From Epiperipatus broadwayi (taxonomy: Eukaryota > Animalia > Onychophora), in NCBI GenBank assembly GCA_028023455.1, contig JAQFVV010000002.1, positions 33,046,001 through 33,110,000 on the forward strand: DNA of 64,000 bases, read 5' to 3'. Position 1 is the first letter of the stretch; each line of letters starts with the position of its first letter. This document shows positions 14,216-27,418 of the stretch, piece after piece. The notes beneath the pieces are model-generated. The model made no database searches. It had not been told where the DNA came from and saw only the letters and a program-made list of their open reading frames with translations. The translations under genes were made by a program, and so were the position numbers.

Positions 14216-14744
14216 AAAACAGGAGATCACAGAGAAAAGCAGAATGTATGAACATGTATGGATAAATCCCCTCCATGTACACACACACAGTATTTAATAT
14301 ACCATGTTTAATAAATGTATAAGTGTGTATGCTATTAGATATGCAATTTTTTAAGCACAAAGATGAATTTGGGATATATAGCAGAGCCCCAAAATGTTAA
14401 AAGCTTAAGAACTTTTTTATAAATGAAACATTTTTATGGGGTCTTATTTTTAGTTGTTGTTTTTAATCACTAATTAATAGACAATAAATATACTTTTAAA
14501 ACAAAGTGGTTGTTTTTATTGTAAAACTATATCATTTATTCAATATTAATATTACAAAGACATAATATCATTTATCTATTGAGTTACATGTTATTATTGA
14601 CATAATTATGACAGTAGTACCAATATATATATATACAATAGAAAGTGAAAAATTGTAACATTTGCAAAAAAATTCTGAAAGATAGTGTTACAACGTGCAT
14701 ATATTTTAATGAGAATGAATAGATTAAATAACGAATACTTTGAC

Positions 14745-15025
14745 ATTTCCAATATCAATAACAATCAACAATTTCAAACTGTTGTCAAGGCAATTTCGTT
14801 TTAACAATAAAAATGAGTCCCAACTTTATTAATGGTCTAATACACTGATATAGACACTAAAGATTGCAATTTGACCACAGATATTGAAATTGTTGATGCA
14901 AAAAAGTTTTAAATAAACTTTTTTAAACAGATAAATATAACCTGTTCTGACTAATAAATTATTGTCAAAAGGAAGTTGCCATGACAACAGCTTGAGATTG
15001 TTGATTGTTATTGATGTTGGGATTG
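14745..15025. repeat. Short element with about 55-bp imperfect inverted ends (MITE-like)
   Basis: caatatcaataacaatcaacaatttcaaactgttgtcaaggcaatttc is reverse-complementary to ggaagttgccatgacaacagcttgagattgttgattgttattgatgttgg. Confidence 0.6.
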
Positions 15026-15205
15026 TTTTAAATATTGATTGATTACTTATAAACCCATTTAGCCTTGAACATTGTTGTCTTATGAGATGGCTTAAGGGCA
15101 TTCCATTTATCTATAACAACAGTTGTATAGAGATTTAATCTTGAAATATTACATATGCATGTGATTAAATAATGCCTTATCATTTAATAAAATTAGAAAT
15201 ATAAT

Positions 15206-15912
15206 AAAAGGCTGATATTTGAATGTATACAATTGTAAACATACGCTATATAAAATAAATGCTTATTTATATATGATTAAGTTTCAGTTGGAATGACTTT
15301 TAGTAAATTCTAGACAATTTCACCCACGTCATTCATTCTGACATCGTATATAGTAATTTAAAGCGACGGTTCCAACCTCACGCTTTACTTGCCAGTACTT
15401 CAGATTGGCTCATATATAAGCATTTGAGTCGTAGGAATAAGAGGATTCCTTTTATTCCTGCATAAATACTATATCTTGTATTGGTGAGAAAGTATTCATT
15501 TATTATTAACACTCGCAAAGCGTATGCACAATTAGCTTTAAAAAAGGCTGATGTTTGAATGTATCCAATTGTAAACATATGCTATATAAAATAAATGCTT
15601 ATTTACATATGATTAAGTTTCAGTTGGAATGACGTTTAGTAAATTCTAGACAATTTCACCCATGTCATTCATTCAGACATCGTATATAGTAATTTAAAGT
15701 GACGGTTCCATCCTCACACTTTACTGAGATTTGCTCATATATAAGCATTTGAGTCATAGGAATAAGAGGATTCCTTTTATTCCTGCATAAATACTATATC
15801 TTGTATTGGTGAGAAAGTATTCATTTATTATTAACACTCGCAAAGTGTATTATTATTAACACTCGCAAAGTGTATGCACAATTAGCTTTAAAAAAGGCTG
15901 ATATTTGAATGA
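15206..15912. repeat. Tandem direct duplication, two units of about 340 bp plus the start of a third
   Basis: Units start at aaaaggctgat (about 15206, 15542, 15892) and are nearly identical apart from short indels. Confidence 0.9.
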
Positions 15913-17161
15913 ATAACAGTTTTAGTGAATTTCAATAGTAGTTCAAAATCTATATTTCTACGTAAAGTACCCTTCTTATCCTACTTATGAGGATTTTTTA
16001 TAGTGATAATTATCAAATTGTGCTTTAATAAATAAGTATCCATTTACTATAGCAGGGATGGCCAAGATGTTGACTGTGGTCAATCAGTCAACCGCAAAGT
16101 CTCTGAAAGTTGACCATGAAGCTGAAGTGAACATTGACAGATTATAGCGATAAATTCAGAGCTGATTTGAATATAAAAAATAAAAAAAGTAAAAATTCAA
16201 AATTATTCTCATTTAAAAATAAATTTAAATAATACCTGTTGTTATTGTCAATCTCAAAAATAAACTGCTTGGAAGAAACTGAAAGGAATTGAATACAATT
16301 ATAAAACAATAAATTTTTTTTTTATATTTTCTTGATTTTTTTTTAAATTCAGGACCAGCTCTTGAAAATAATTATTTACAGATATTTTAATAAATATTTT
16401 ATAAAGCAACATGGACAAATTGTAATACTAGAGGGAGCCAAGGTAATTTAATAATAGTCATAAAAATGTCTTTGACTGTTCGAAAAATATTCATTAGTTC
16501 ATAAGTATCTTCTAAAAACTTTCACCAATATTCGTAATTACCTAAAAGACCTTTACAAAAAAAAAATCATCAACTCGTGAGTACATTCTTAAAAAAACAG
16601 GACTTTGAACCATTATTTTTTTCCCATTACGGTTTTTATTTCAGCAAAAATAATGTTGTTTTTTTCTGGTTTCCAGTTCAAAGACCTGAAAAAAACATAT
16701 AGTCACTCTCAAGTACACTTTCACCAAAAAAGTTACCCCCAGAGTCTAAAGTTTTGGCCACTCCTGTACTATAGCAATTTTTTTAAATGGTCTGTTTATT
16801 AAATAGTGGGCATTAAGTGATTTTACTGTCACAATATAATATTCATATCTTGAAAGCAATATATCTTTCTCATAAGATAAAGCAGCAAAATTCATTCCAA
16901 AAAAATATGTTTCATTCATTACATAATTTAAAAAAACAAACTTTGATGATCACACAAGAATAAAGTTCACTAAAAATAAATTGAAAAATTCATGCATTAA
17001 CTAAAATTCAATTTGCTTACCTAATTTTTATTTAATATTGTTGCAATAATAGAATTGTCAATTTAACCAACTGCTTTTTATCATAAATATGAACAATCTT
17101 ACCAAAAGAAGTTATTTTTTAAGGTTCCATAATTTTAAAAATAAACTTTGATCACATAGAG

Positions 17162-17727
17162 CAGAGATCTGCAAAATTTTTAGTACAAAAGCTGTTTTGT
17201 TTAAATCTTTCTCCCTTCCCCTATTAAAAAGCTGCAATTAAAGGGATACTCTCCCCCATCAAAGAGCCATTTTGTTTAAATCTCCCTTTCTACATTAAAC
17301 AGCTGCAAGGAAGAGATATCCCCACTTCAGCTGCAAGGAAAGAAGAGAAAAATAGGAATTTCTGAATGGCTGTGGATATATTTGAACATTTATTTTAGTA
17401 ATAGATCAGAATAGAATCTGCATATATCCCAATGAAAATAAAAAAAAATTTAATAAATAAATAAAAACTAAAATTTTTTTGACAGTTCGATTTATTCATA
17501 GATTTCTAATATTTAATTATTATATACAATAATTATTATTTTATAATATGGCTGAATTCAAGAAACAGCATTGTAATGCACATTTTTCCTGTCCTGGAAT
17601 CATCAAAATATTTATTTACAAATTGTAAGAGGAAATAAAGTATTTATGTTTATCATGATAAAAAGGGTCATGAGATTGCGATCAAAGAGCCTCATTTGGA
17701 TTGCGAATCTTTGTTTGCCAATCCCTG
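17162..17727. mobile_element. Non-autonomous hAT element
   Basis: Ends CAGAGATCTGCAAA / TTTGCCAATCCCTG; perfect 8-bp TSD ACATAGAG (17154-17161, 17728-17735). Confidence 0.75.
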
Positions 17728-18867
17728 ACATAGAGTAATATAGTGTCATAAAAATAATTTGGAAAATGCCTTAGATTAGTTAATTTATGATTTGCTCATC
17801 TAATTTTTATTCAAAGTCCCTGTGGTAATAGAATTATTGGTGTGTCCAAATTTTTTACCTTTCTAAAAAAACTTTGGTTATGAACAGTAGTCATTATCAA
17901 AAATAAAAGGGAAAATATGCACTGTATTTTATATTTGTTAATCTAATTTTTATATTTGATTACATTCTCTTAATAAATAAAATGGCAATTGTACTAGACA
18001 AAATGTGATATCTCAGTTCATAGCGAAGTTTTATTTATTAAACAATTATAAAAAAAACATTGATCACATAATACATAAAATACATCAAAAGTAAATTAGA
18101 AAATGCACATTCTGTTAATTTAAATTCTTTATGCTTTATTTTAATGTAATAAATTTTAATTCAACAAGATGCCATTCTTGATAATATGATTTCAAAATGA
18201 CATTTTCAATCATAAAATGTTTAGAATTATTGCTAATTCTCACTGTCTCTTCCTTACAGTTTCTTTACTATATTTACACTCAGATTATGTAAGGGGGAGA
18301 CAGAGAGTATTAATTATATGCTTAGCAAAATGTTAATTTATTATCACTTTCAAATTTTTAAACTTTTTTCTTATCAAATATTCAAAGTTTATCGTATTTT
18401 GAATCTGTAGTAATGAATTAAATTTTTTACTGTAGGAAACAATTGTAATTGTTTATTTTTAAAAGATTTTAGATTTGTGATGATTTGGCGGGGGGGGGAC
18501 CAATTGTCTTTGTTACCTAACTTAAAAATGTATATTCTTACCCTTTTATAAATTAACTTTCTATGTTAGTACACCATAAAAATACACTACTATTTTTTTA
18601 AAATTGATAACTATTTCATTTTTATAATACAATACTGGCATTTTTTAAACAAAGATTCTCTTTATAAGATAAAATGTAATGATCGACAATAAAGAAAAAC
18701 ATTTTGAAGTTTTATTTATTATGCAATTTCAAAAAAACTTTGATCATTATGCCAAAAATAAATTAAAAAATAAACATTACATTAGCTAAAATGTGATTTA
18801 TTTACATAATTTTTATTTAATGTCTTTGAAAGGTTGCTAGTCTTTCACATGTGCCTACTTTGTTTCT

Positions 18868-19018
18868 CAGACAGCCAATCAGATGTTAAACCATGGGCTG
18901 AAGAGCGATCAGGTCTTGACACATGACAGAGATTTTGATAAGAAAAGGGTGATACCACTCTTCTGTTTACTTAACTTTTTATATATATAAGCAGTTTAAC
19001 ATCTGATTGCCTGTCTGA
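18868..19018. repeat. Small element with 25-bp inverted ends
   Basis: tcagacagccaatcagatgttaaac / gtttaacatctgattgcctgtctga. Confidence 0.6.
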
Positions 19019-19839
19019 AAAATAACTGTAGACGCTAGCAGCCTTTCAATTTATTACTAATTTAATAACAACATGCGATTTAGACAAATATTATTTAATG
19101 TTTTTGTTATTACAATAAAATTACAAGAAGATTTAAAAATATATATTTATTGAAATAATTCTTTGGCAATTTGATAAGATCGACCACACATTTATTTGTG
19201 AAAAGTGACAGAACTTTATTTTTTAGTCCATTTATGTGATTAGAAGTGTTTTTTATATAATTTTTTTACTATTCAGTAAACTTAATAGCTACAGTAAATA
19301 CTGCTATCATTTAATATTTGTATTTTATAAAGCAAGAGTGAACAATTTGATAAATGCTTTTTTATTTTTAGTGTACAAAGACGTAACACAGTTTAGTGCA
19401 ATGGCCGATTGTAAAATTTTAGATCTCGAGGGCCATGAATTCTGGCCCATCTCTGTTCTTTCTGGTGCTTCAATTTTATATGAACTTCTGAACAATAATC
19501 TGTTCAATTATTTGTTTATTTAAATTGTTGCACTGGTATTAAGAAAAACAATTTAATCTACAGAACATATTGTATGTGTGCATACAATATTGTAGACAAT
19601 AATTATTGTTTTATGTTACGGCAGCGTATCAGTGCTTTAAAAAAAATCAAGGTTTATCATGAGGGAATGAGATGTATTGTTGAATTAATATGAACCAACC
19701 ACTAATCCAGGAAGGCTAGGAAATACAAGAATTGTTGGATTAATAGTATTGCTAGCATTATGTTTTGATCATGCCTATAGATTTGACAGTGGCCAGAATG
19801 TATGACTTCCAGAATATAGATTATGGTAAAACTATTATA

Positions 19840-20000
19840 GATTGTAAAAGACCCAGAAAGAGACCACATGTGAGATGGATGGATGAAATAAGAAAGTGTG
19901 CAGGGATCATGTGGAGAAGAGAAGCTAAAGATCGGAGAATATGGATTCAACTTGGAGAGACCTTCATCCTGCAGTGGATTGATAATGGTTGATGATGATG
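19840..20000 (+). mobile_element. RTE LINE 3'-end fragment
   Basis: Near-identical to 6975-7140 (KRPRKRPHVRWMDEI), (GAT)n tail, 12-bp TSD AAAACTATTATA (19828-19839, 20001-20012). Confidence 0.92.
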
Positions 20001-20791
20001 AAAACTATTATATCTATATTACGACCTTTGCTTTCAAAACTAGTACTAGTTTTATTACACTTTGATAAAAATTTAAGTATACAGCATGTAACATGATTGG
20101 TGTCATAGTGTAGTGGCTATACTTGTAACTGGCATGCCTATGACTTGAGTTTAAATCTATGCTGAGTAGAATTAAGACTTAGTTCAGATAACTGATTCGA
20201 TGTAAACATATCTACTTATCTTATATTGGTCAATACATAAATGTCTTACTATTTTTAGCTAAAATTTAGAAAACAAAAATGTGAAATAGTCCAAATACTT
20301 ATCTCCTGGCAATTGGTGAGCCTAGGGAATATTGATTTCTCTTTCCTTATTTCCATATGAGAGTATTAGATAGGCTTTGGTCAGCAGTTGGATGTTAAAA
20401 GATATTTTATCTTTTATATATACATAGCACTATATAAATAATTAATTAGTTATATATGTTTAATATTTCATCAAATAATGATGTATCGTAAATTGTAAAA
20501 ATTTCACAAGCATCGTTTATTAAAACTTAGTAAAAGGAATTGAAGGTGATTATTTAATATCTTCACACTCTCATTTCCAATTGCCTATACATATATGCTT
20601 AGATGAAAAAGATAGAGTGATTCATTCTCTTTTTTTAAGACTTTATCTTGTGTTTGGGAAGGAGAGTATTCATTGAGTTTTTTATTATCTTTTTTTATTT
20701 GTTTGTTTTGTTTTTAATTTGGCTGCTTATTTATTTTTATTTTGTTGTTAAAGCTTTTATAAACAACAATATAACTTCTTTTTTTTTTCAG

Positions 20792-21190
20792 GTTATGGTC
20801 ATGTCTCCCCACTGTCAGACGGTGGTAAAGCATTTGCTATCGTTTATGCTCTTATTGGTATTCCGCTGACTTTAATACTTCTTACCGCTTTAGTGGAACG
20901 GTTAATGTTTTTGACAACCAAGTTTCTCTATTACTTAAACTCAAAGTTGGGTCACCTGTATCAGCCATTCAATATCCGTCTTATCCATCTTGTCATCATC
21001 ATTGCTCTTGCCATTGTTTTCTTTTACATTATTCCTGCCATTATTTTTTCAGCCATTGAAAAAGATTGGAACTTCCTTTCCGCTTTGTATTATTGCTTCA
21101 TCTCACTGACAACTATTGGGCTAGGTGATTATGTGCCTGGGGAGCAGCCAGACCAGCCTTATCGAGCTTTGTACAAAGTATGTACAACAG
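20792..21190 (+). CDS. KCNK1: Internal coding exon of a TWIK/KCNK1-like two-pore-domain K+ channel (end of P1, M2, M3, P2)
   Basis: Polypyrimidine tract and CAG acceptor at 20789-20791, then an open frame [31 protein letters not shown]...[25 protein letters not shown]...LYKVCTT, ending at the donor G|GTAAGA (21190/21191). GYG in P1 plus GLG in P2 is the TWIK subfamily signature. Exact paralogue (KCNK1/6/7 group) is not resolvable. Confidence 0.95.
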
Positions 21191-21747
21191 GTAAGACGTG
21201 TAATATGTTAGATATCCTATTGAATTCATAAAATATGCTATTTTTTAGTTAATATCATAAACAATGTACACGATAGAAGACTTGTTACTAGTTCAGAAAT
21301 AAGACCAATTTGTTTAAAGCTATGCTCAACATGTGTCATATTGCCTAATGTAGAAAACTAGAAACTTTATTGCCAAAGTATGCATATTTTACAAGGCTTT
21401 TTGCTATGAAATATAATAAAATTAAACTATTTATTAAATTAATTTTGTTGTAATGATGTGCATTATAGAATTTGATGTCTTTCATCACACTTTAAGGGAT
21501 TCTCATTATTACTTTTATAGTGGAATTAATAATAAATTGTACTTACGGTTGAAGTATGGTTACCAATTATTCTTTATCCCATTTTCAAATATTTTTCACA
21601 TACCGTATATCCCAGCGAAAAAATGATTGGTGATTGGCTCTCTTTATGTTGCCTATAGCATCTTCTGTGAACCGTTGCATGTGTTAGCAACATAGTTTAA
21701 TTATCACTGAATATCACATGATCACCATCTCTTATGCTAGCACATAA

Positions 21748-21932
21748 CTGTTATTAAACAGGCAAAACTCCCCATACAGTAGTGTCACCCTGTGCCAACC
21801 AGAGTAATCAATTGATGCCAGAAGGCACTAGAGGGGGATTTTATGCACAAGCCTTCTGGCATCTATTGATTATGCTGGTTGGCACAGGGTGGCACTAAAC
21901 TGTATGGAGAGTTTTGCCTGTTTAACAATAGC
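21748..21932. mobile_element. Fold-back repeat, family A (distal ends only)
   Basis: About 80-bp arms (aaacaggcaaaactccccatacagtagtgtcaccc... / ...gggtggcactaaactgtatggagagttttgcctgttt); same sequence as the outer arms of 44257-44730 and 59291-59707. Confidence 0.8.
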
Positions 21933-21980
21933 TTAATTATTCGCAAAAATTTTAAAGTGCTAACATGTCTGGATTTTGAG

Positions 21981-22698
21981 TTATGGCATGAAATGTGATT
22001 GCATGTTTCCCATCTTAATCCATGATTGAACAATGTACTAGCATTAATTTTTTTAATATTTGAAATAATTCAAACTTTTATAACATCACAAGAATGTTTT
22101 CAAATGATTTGCAAGATTTCTTGATAGCAATTGAAGACCGAAGTTATGAATCATACTGTCACATTTCATACCATAACTGATGACCAGACATGACAGCACC
22201 TTAAAATTTTGGTCATGAATAGCTAAACTATATCACTACATAATACATGCATTCATTCGGAGATGGGTCTACAGGCATTTTGGAAAGAGAACCAATCATC
22301 TTTTTACCGGTAAGCATGCACAGACATATTAAAAATAACCATGCAACATATGCCGTGTTTATCAGTAAAAAGATGACTGGTTCTCTTTTCAAAATGCCCG
22401 TAAATCCACCTCTGACTGAGTGCAAGAATTATGTAGCGACATAGTTTAGTTATTCACAACAAAAATTTTAAGGTGCTATTATATCTGGTCATCAGTTATG
22501 ACATGAAATGTGACAGTATGATTCATATCTTCATAGATTGTCTTTAATTGCTATCAAAAAATCTTGGCAAATCATTTGAAAATATTCTTGTAATGGTATA
22601 AAAGTTTGAATTATTTCAAATATTAAAAATTAGAATAATAGTATATTGTTCAATCAAGGATTAAGATGTGAAATACACTATCACATTTTATGCCATAT
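21981..22698. repeat. About 720-bp imperfect palindrome (arms about 340 bp)
   Basis: Continuous reverse complementarity from ttatggcatgaaatgtga to tcacattttatgccata, centre near 22320-22350. Confidence 0.88.
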
Positions 22699-23199
22699 CT
22701 TATGATTCACATGGCTATGAATAAAATTATAGCTGTCAAAGAATCCATCCCTAATAGATATCACAAGCAATTCTTTCCATGTTGGAGCAGAACTTGCCAG
22801 TTCTTTTTGTAACCTTTTTTTGTCTTTCTAAATATCCAAAGATATCTGATAAAGTCATTGGATAATGGAGAAGCAAAACGTTGTAAGATCTAGTCGTAAG
22901 GCGTGAGCATTTTTATGAAAGCTTGATGAATTAAAAAAACACCTAAAAGAACAACCATTGTCATTGCTAATGATATTACCAGTCTATACATCAGGTCTGT
23001 AAACCCATGATTGATAGAAATGAGAAAAGATATCACTAGAGCTATACTGCAAGTTTCTCTTTCACAATATTCTTCTAATATCAATGTTCTAAAACCAGTA
23101 GACATCCATGAATTTGGACATTAGGTCTTGGATTTTTTTAAAATCAGGAAAGGCTCAGGAATAGATAGCATAGTTTCAAAATTTCTTTCAAAAAATTAG

Positions 23200-24200
23200 G
23201 ACCTAAAGCCAAAATGTGTCGACTAAGCTTTTGCATAAAGTAAAACTAGCGATTTTAAAACCAAATAAATCCATCAAATGATCCAAAAAATTATCACCCA
23301 ATGTCATTGTTATTATGTACAAGAATTTTGGCAATAGTTAAGAGCCATCTACCTATGGAGCAGGCTGGGTTTAGACTAGGAAGAAGCTGCTATGAACATA
23401 TTTAGCCTTAATGACTTACATTGAAAAAAGCTTTTAAAATAAATTGAGTGACCTTTACTGAAATAATCTCAGCTTATGATTCTGATCTCCTTCTAAATCC
23501 TTAAATGCAGGAAAACTATTAGTTGAAATTCAAACATCATCAAGTAGTAATCATAATAGACACAAATTTGATAGAATAATATATTATAGAATTTGGTTCT
23601 ATCAAAACAATTTATTGAAATATTCCTCAATGATCATCCAAATATAGAATGCAGGAAATGTGGATCTACACTGATGACCTTATTTTGACTTCAGAGAAGA
23701 GATTCTTTCCATGAATAGAAAAGTCTCTCAATAAGGATATGAAAAATTTGGATTTTTTTTCAGAAGTTGGAGTCTTATTCCTAATCTAAGGAAGACCATA
23801 GACTTTTTATCTAAATAGTAGGAAAACATATTTAAGAGATCCTATACTATTTAGGAGGAATCTTGTATCATAGCCTAATTTGCTTTCCTCATTTGTTCTG
23901 ACATTACATCTAAATTAATTTCTAGACAATAACTTTCCTGGAAAGCTGACTGCTACTACTTGGAGTTGTGATGCAAATACTTATACAGACAGCTTTCTTA
24001 GCACAACATATTATGCTGATGATTACTGTGTTCCAGTTTTTTGAAAAAGCACCCACACTAAACTGCTGGATACTCAATTAAATATTACGATTAAATCGTA
24101 GTGTAATGGTTTTCTGTTTGTTTGGGTTTTTTTCACATAACCCTCCACCAGATAGATATTGGAAGAGAAATTACTTAATACAAAATGTATAAAAAGTTAA
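23200..24200 (+). mobile_element. Degraded Ingi/I-group LINE RT fragment
   Basis: Broken frames give NDPKNYHPMSLL, LPMEQAGFRLGRSC, IYTDDL and KLTATTWSCDANT, resembling the Ingi/Vingi-type KLAGTTWGADA..LR motif. Confidence 0.65.
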
Positions 24201-25083
24201 GTAGATTGGACTCACCAATAATTCAAGATGTTGTTTGCACCTCAGACTTGTCTCAAATCAAGATCCCTTTTTTGAATATTTAATTAAGAATCCATAACCC
24301 AAGAATGAGGTCATTAAAAAATGGTTTTCAAATCGGCAGTTCCAGATAAATGTATTTTTCCAGATCTGTTAATAAATGCACCTGGATTTGATCTTTCTAG
24401 CCATTGTCTCATATAGATTCAGAACAACTATGATCATTGTGATCGAATTTAACAGATGCTGATCTATATAGATGCAGAGCCATGAACCATATAGGTTAAT
24501 ATATGTCAAATCTATGGTCACAGTGGTAGAATTGAACAACTTAATAGTCACTAAAGATTCTAACCTCTAGTGTGAATTTTTACTGGTTCCTTTATAACGT
24601 TTTAATTAAGCTGTCTAATTTCTTAAAAATACACAAAATAATAAATAAACTACCTCCTTCATCATTTTCCAGATTCTCAAATATTTGAAAGTGCTAATCT
24701 AACCTCTCCAGAACTTATTTTGTACAATTTTCGTCATTTTAGATATATTGGCATTTATTTTTGCCTCAAAGTTTCTACAAGCTTTGGCATTGGTCAGTCC
24801 TACATAATACTTTGAAAAACTAATCTTTATTTTTACCAGAGAGTATTAAACAGGGATATTATCTTGGTTTTTCCATTATATCTGTAGATGAATTATTAAA
24901 TGAATGTTTAAATTTAATTTCTGATTTGGAGAATAATTTATTTTCAGAAATGCCACTCTAATATCAGTAATAGAACTAAAAATAGCAATCTTCGAAATAT
25001 TGTGGAATTCACAAAAAAAATATTTAAAAATGTATAGATGGTTGTGAATACACGTTTGTTTACATATATACATATTGAATAAA

Positions 25084-27418
25084 GAAGCAGCCGTTATACT
25101 TCATTTCTATGAAATGTAATAAATCATAAATAGTGCGCAGCTGAAGAAAAGTTTATTAATTTGAAAACAAAACTAAGATTAAGCGCTTTCGAGAGTTTAT
25201 TTTACTGCTCTCATATTCATAGCTGGTAAATATTATAAGGTAGTGAAGAAGATGTGAGAGTTTGTATATATACATCAGAGGATATTTAAATTTATGTGGA
25301 ATAAAAGTGTATTGTTTGAATAAGAGAGTCCATATTCTGGAAGGCGGGGAGGGGATGTATCTTTACGATTGATGGAGGGTGCAAAGTTAGCTATATAAGT
25401 ATGCCTCTCTGAGCTTCCACCTGGAGTCATCTCTCGATATATTAAATGGCTGCAGAGGTTGAGATGAAGAAATGTTCTGTGTATTTTTGATGCTCAAAAA
25501 AAACTGAGCTACATCCTGGCTTGCTTGCGCCTTTTTTTTTGTATACATTGATACTGTGACACTTGTGTGGACAAAGAAGCCCAGGATTCCCCATAATAAA
25601 TAGATTTGCATCCTGTCTGAGGGCATTGGATTCCACATACCATGCAAGGGGTGAGATCAGGTTCAAGTGGTTTGGTGAGTATAGGGATATATGGTATAAG
25701 AAATCATGGCCTATCATGGAAAGGGGGGGGGGATAAAATTAAGCTTACTTTAAAATGTATTTTTTTATTTAGAAGCCAATGTTTAAATCCATCAGAAATT
25801 ACATCTTTGATATATGATTCTATGTTAGCTTTTCGGGTAGATTCATATTTACATAGGGAGTAATTTCGAAATAGAAATGATGAAATGCCAGTTCAAACTG
25901 CAGACTTCTATTGGTTTAATGTACATGGAATAATCAAGATGGGATGTGTTACAATGTATTAGAAAATTGAGGTATTTAAGATATTGATATGTGAGTCTTC
26001 CTATTCCACTGTGAATTATAGTGCTGACTGCCTTTGGGGATTTGTTTTGATATCTTGAATCTGGTCCTGTGATGAAGATGTCATTCACATAGTGTGTGTA
26101 TATAAGGCCTCATGTGCGTTCCATATATGTTAGGATGACTATTTTTTATCAAAATGGTTGTGGTATAAGCTGGAAATGACTGTTGAGAGAAAGATTCATT
26201 GGTCTCATCGGACATTTTGTAATATTGGCCATTAATTCATTATAGCATTCCTTTTCTGAATCAATAGTCATATTATACTTCCATTTAATGGCCAATATTA
26301 CAAAATATCCGACTGTTGACCCATGTGTCTCCCTCTCAGCGGAGTCCTTTCCAGCTATAACAACTATTTTGAAAAAAAAATAGTCATCTCAACATATATA
26401 GAACACACATGATGTCTTATATAAACATGCTATATGGATGACATCTTCATCACAGGACCAGAACCAGTTATTCAAGATATCAAAACAAATCTCTAAAGAC
26501 ATTCAGTGCTGCTATGACTCACAGTGGAATGGTAAGATATGTTAATATCTTAAATACCTTGATCTATTAATACACCATGATACATCCCACTTCATTCCAT
26601 ATACATTAAACCAATAGAAGTCTGCAGCTTTATGCATTCAGAATTGACTACACCTAATTCTCACAAGCTAGCCGGTCTCTCACATCATTTCTATTTTGAA
26701 ATTATTCCCTATGTAAATATGAATCCACCCAAAAAGTTAACATAGAATCATATATCAAGATGTCACTTAGTGGATTTAAACATCAGCTTCTAAATAAGAA
26801 AATAAAGCAATTTTACAGTAAGCTTAATTCTAACTCCCTCCTCCCCAACTGATGACAGATCATTGTTATTTCTACTATATATATTCCTACCCTCATCATA
26901 AGACAATAAAATATTTTCCCCCACTTACTGCACATCACTTTTCATATCCTTCCCCTCTACCAACAGACTCAAATCTGATCTCACTCCTTGCATGGTATAT
27001 GGAATCCAATGCTGGAAATCCATTTATTAAGAGGAATCCTGGAGATCCACACAAGTGTTGCAGCACCAATATGTATACAAAAAAGTCACAGACAAGCCAG
27101 AGTGTAGCTCAGTCTTTTTAAAGCATTAGAAATCCACAGGATGTCTCTTCAGGCCATCTTCTGTAGCCATTCAATATATTCCCTCTCCAGAAAATGGTCT
27201 CTCTTATCTAACAACATGCTTCTATTTTACATAAATTTAAATATCCTCTTATATATGCAAACTTGCACATCTTTTTCACTACCTTATAACATTCTCCAGT
27301 TATGAACATGAGAGCAGTAAAATAAGATCTCGAAAGCCCTTAATCTTAGTTTTGTTTTTGTTTTTCGAATTAATAAACTTCTCTTCAGCTTCCTCTTAGA
27401 GCACTATTTACGATTTAT
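25084..27418. mobile_element. 2.3-kb head-to-head palindrome of a Penelope-like element (RT C-terminus, GIY-YIG-like region, terminal repeat)
   Basis: Arms about 25119-26237 and 26283-27418. The right arm + strand reads YMDDIFITG, LKYLDL, IYIKP and QTSQSVAQSF (PLE RT / GIY-YIG-like). 12-bp TSD ATATTGAATAAA at 25072-25083 and 27419-27430. Confidence 0.82.

Noticed and set aside
16053-17727. One 1.7-kb hAT element from CAGGGATGGCCAA (16053) to 17727
   Set aside because: The TSDs do not match. The right end pairs with 17162 (TSD ACATAGAG), so 16053 is an orphan left end.
1-20791. First coding exon of the K2P channel (M1, cap, P1)
   Set aside because: No ORF in the track or by eye encodes an M1/cap/P1 segment ending in TT-G; it probably lies upstream of the window.
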